NCBI GenBank assembly: GCA_016700175.1
Contig: CP065003.1
Coordinates: forward strand, 1,805,238 to 1,869,237
Direction: 5' to 3'
Source of the DNA: Acidobacteriota bacterium
GTDB taxonomy: Bacteria > Acidobacteriota > Blastocatellia > Pyrinomonadales > Pyrinomonadaceae
Length of the DNA: 64,000 nucleotides
Part shown: positions 61,784 to 64,000 of the stretch, one piece after another
Layout: every line of letters begins with the position of its first letter
How positions within the stretch are numbered: position 1 is the stretch's first letter
The notes under the pieces: generated by a model
What the model was told of the DNA's origin: nothing
The model's input: only the letters and a program-made list of their open reading frames with translations
The model's database searches: none
Translations under genes and position numbers: made by a program

Positions 61784-61960
61784 GAAACAGGATCGACAGG
61801 ATGAAAAGGATTGATAGTTGAGAATTGAAAGTGGGAGATTCCACGATCCCGCGCCCGGTCCCTGAGGTGACTACTGGCTTTGTTTGAAATCAATCCGGTC
61901 CAACTACCATTCCCAATTCCCAATTCTCAATCCTTTTCATCCTGTCTATCCTGTTTTTTC
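61784..61960. mobile_element. MITE-like palindromic element P2, copy C (177 bp)
   Basis: Roughly 85-90% identical by eye to 55607-55782. Confidence 0.6.
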
Positions 61961-61971
61961 AATTCCTCTCT

Positions 61972-62232
61972 CGAAACAGGATAAAAAGGATAGATAGGGT
62001 CGCTGACCAGAGCTACTCACGTTGCCGAGTTCCTTGCAGCGTAGCAATTCAGAAGCAGCGATCCTAAGAATCTTGCCTATCCTGTTCTTTCTTAATTGTT
62101 CAGAAAGAAGACAGAAGAAACAGGACAAACACGATAGTAAGGATCGCTGTTCTGGGGTTTCCGCGTAGCAAGGTACTCCGCAACGCAGTCATCTGAAAGC
62201 AGTGATCCTTTCGATCTTTTCTATCCTGTTTT
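61972..62232. repeat. two further palindromic elements (P3, P4)
   Basis: Each reads GAAACAGGA..GATAG..AGGRTCGCTG - centre - CAGYGATCCT..CTATCCTGTTYTTTC. Approximate extents are 61972-62095 and 62108-62232. Confidence 0.8.
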
Positions 62233-62240
62233 TTCTTACC

Positions 62241-63461
62241 TCACCGCTCACTGTCGACGCGCTCTCTTCGAATCCCGTAGCCGATGAATCTCGCCGGGAT
62301 ATTCCTGACGAAGCGGAACCGCAAAAGAAAACGCAACCACCCGGGGAGACTCGGCGGCGTCTCCCGGTTCGATAGCGCCGCCGAGATGACCCGTTTCTGG
62401 GCCTGGATCTGGAACCACTGGACGATCTTCGTCGGCAAGATCCTTCGCGACTGGATCAGCGCCAGAACCTCTTCGGGCACATCTTCCTGTCGGAGCAGCG
62501 CGGGACCGAGCTTGTTCGCCGCCGCGACCGCGTCCTGGATCGCGAGGTTGATCCCGACGCCTCCAACCGGCGACATCGCGTGTGCCGCGTCGCCTATGAC
62601 GAGCAGGCCGGGCATATGCCATTTCTCGAGCCGGTCTACACGCACCTCGAGCGTCTTCACATCGTCCCAGCTCGCGGGAATCCCCGTCTCGTCGTCCAGA
62701 AAGTGCGCGACGCTTTCTACGGACCGTCTGAATTCCCCTATCGGCGTTTTTCTCAGTTCCGAATCGGCCCCTTTCGGCACGATGTAGGCAGCCTGCCAGT
62801 AATCGCTTCGGTTCAGAAGTATCATCATGTGGCCGGCGCCGACGATCGCGAAGGTCTCATCCGGGTGATCTTCGGAACGCGGCACCTTGAACCAGAGCAC
62901 GTCCATAGGCGCCCCGAACTCCTTCACCTTAAGCCCGGCCTGCTCGCGAAGCGCCGAATACCTTCCATCGCAGGCGACCGTAACCCGAGCTCGAAATTCA
63001 ACCGGTCCCTCCGGGCTTTCGGACCTTATGCCGACGCATTTTCCATCCTCAATTATCAATTCCTCCGCTTTATGCTGCATCCGCAGATCGAAATTCTCAA
63101 AACGCTGACCGAAGTCGGCGAGCAGGTCCAGGAAATCCCACTGCGGAACAAACGCCAGATAGTCGAACGGACGAAGTCCTCTAAAATCGACGACCTCCTG
63201 CAGCCGATCGCCGATGTGGACGCCGAGGTGGCGGACCTTGTTGTGGGGTAATTTCTCGAACTCGGAGAGGAGCTCTATCTGATCCAGGATCTCGAGTGTG
63301 GAGGGATGTACGGTGTCTCCGCGGAAGTCGCGTAGAAAATCGGCGTGCTTTTCAAGGACCGTCACATTGACGCCTTGGCGGGCGAGAAGAACGCCGAGCA
63401 TCATACCGGCGGGGCCTCCGCCGGCGATGACGCATCCAGAATGTGCAGTTGATCCGGACAC
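62241..63461 (-). CDS. FAD-dependent monooxygenase/oxidoreductase
   Basis: GGGPAGMMLG dinucleotide-binding motif and GDAAHAMSPVGGVGINLAIQDA second FAD motif. Confidence 0.85.
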   Translation of the reverse strand: MSGSTAHSGCVIAGGGPAGMMLGVLLARQGVNVTVLEKHADFLRDFRGDTVHPSTLEILDQIELLSEFEKLPHNKVRHLGVHIGDRLQEVVDFRGLRPFDYLAFVPQWDFLDLLADFGQRFENFDLRMQHKAEELIIEDGKCVGIRSESPEGPVEFRARVTVACDGRYSALREQAGLKVKEFGAPMDVLWFKVPRSEDHPDETFAIVGAGHMMILLNRSDYWQAAYIVPKGADSELRKTPIGEFRRSVESVAHFLDDETGIPASWDDVKTLEVRVDRLEKWHMPGLLVIGDAAHAMSPVGGVGINLAIQDAVAAANKLGPALLRQEDVPEEVLALIQSRRILPTKIVQWFQIQAQKRVISAALSNRETPPSLPGWLRFLLRFRFVRNIPARFIGYGIRRERVDSER

Positions 63462-63473
63462 TAATAAACAGAT

Positions 63474-63745
63474 TTCAGAAGTCTGAAGTCAGGAGTCAGG
63501 ACAAAAGGAAGAAAGAGAAACAGGATGGACAGGAAGTTAGAGAAACAGGATGGACAGGATGTCGAGGATTCTGCTCCACTATCGACCGCCGCTGGGCTCT
63601 TTCATTCCGGCCTTTGAAATATGCCGAATAGCATTCAGGTTATCGTGTTTATCCTGTCTATCCTGTTTCTCTTCCCCTGACTCCGGACTCCTGACTCCTG
63701 ACTTCTGACTTCTGACTTCTGACTTCTGACTTCTGACTTCTGAAG
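63474..63745. repeat. nested composite palindrome
   Basis: Outer TCAGAAG-type units x4 (63474-63501) face (YCTGACT) x10 (63676-63745). Inner AAACAGGATGGACAGGA x2 faces TTTATCCTGTCTATCCTGTTTC. Confidence 0.92.
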
Positions 63746-63746
63746 T

Positions 63747-64000
63747 ACTACTTCGTAAACTCCATCGAGTACAGGATCGCCGCGAAGGCGTCCCTGCGGT
63801 CCTCGAACTTGTCGCCGTCCGTCGAGACCATCACGTTCACCTGCTGGTTCTGGCCAAGGTAGTTCCGGAACCCGATCCACTGGTGACGCCGCGGAGAACT
63901 CTTCTCTTCCGGCATTGCTTCGACCCATTCGACGCCTTTGATGCCGTCGATCTCAAGGTACCTCGCGGACTCGTACTTGCCCTGTTTGAGTTGTTCGAGC
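63747..64000 (-). CDS. partial CDS (C-terminal 84 codons), hypothetical
   Basis: My own translation of the minus strand gives ...LEQLKQGKYESARYLEIDGIKGVEWVEAMPEEKSSPRRHQWIGFRNYLGQNQQVNVMVSTDGDKFEDRRDAFAAILYSMEFTK* with GC-rich third positions. It runs off the window edge and is not in the ORF track. Confidence 0.5.

Noticed and set aside
1-64000. tRNA, rRNA, tmRNA and known riboswitches, including a Moco riboswitch upstream of moaD and a purine or 2'-dG riboswitch upstream of the nucleoside permeases.
   Set aside because: By eye I found no T-loop/acceptor-like GGTTCGAATCC context outside coding sequence and no rRNA-like stretches. The moaD upstream region is heptamer array, and the permease leader shows none of the conserved riboswitch cores. 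This is a visual scan only. tRNAscan-SE and Infernal should be run to confirm.
1-64000. Defence island, prophage, integrative element, toxin-antitoxin pair or biosynthetic gene cluster as the hidden system.
   Set aside because: I recognised no integrase, recombinase, capsid or terminase, restriction-modification, Cas, retron reverse transcriptase, nucleotide-cyclase/effector, PKS/NRPS or typical TA-sized gene pairs. All large ORFs have ordinary housekeeping or signalling assignments.

Overview
This is a high-G+C bacterial chromosomal segment (about 55-60% by eye, not computed) with about 47 protein-coding genes. I found no rRNA, tRNA, CRISPR array, transposase, integrase or phage genes. The gene content suggests Acidobacteriota or a similar soil lineage, but this is inference only. 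It includes four Hanks-type Ser/Thr kinases with TPR or PD40/TolB-like sensor regions, two ECF-sigma/kinase pairs, a PD40-amidohydrolase fusion, a TPR-TonB, a 1125-aa M1 aminopeptidase and a secreted beta-helix/FG-GAP protein. Recognisable blocks are a MacB-like ABC exporter, an SbcD-like nuclease plus a Lon-N-domain protein, moaDE, an acyl-CoA ligase and a LytS/LytTR two-component system. There is also a nucleoside-salvage cluster (two permeases, PNP, udk, cdd, amidohydrolase), the heat-shock block hsp20-clpB-grpE, gpmI, tdk and a glycosyltransferase/epimerase pair. I did not find a convincing new protein-coding system such as a defence island, toxin-antitoxin pair, secretion system or biosynthetic cluster. 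The unusual content is non-coding. Almost every intergenic region longer than about 100 bp is built from three kinds of element. (i) Exact period-7 tandem arrays of several different words, usually arranged as inverted pairs. (ii) A shuffled mosaic of short GC-rich hairpin modules, some with GNRA loops, compensatory stem changes and strand-specific G.U wobbles. (iii) MITE-like palindromes of 110-190 bp. These elements touch or supply stop codons and sit in frame inside the M1 aminopeptidase gene. They also split the lytS/lytTR pair and form a shared cassette upstream of two kinase genes. All calls come from reading the sequence and the ORF track. No database search or folding program was run.
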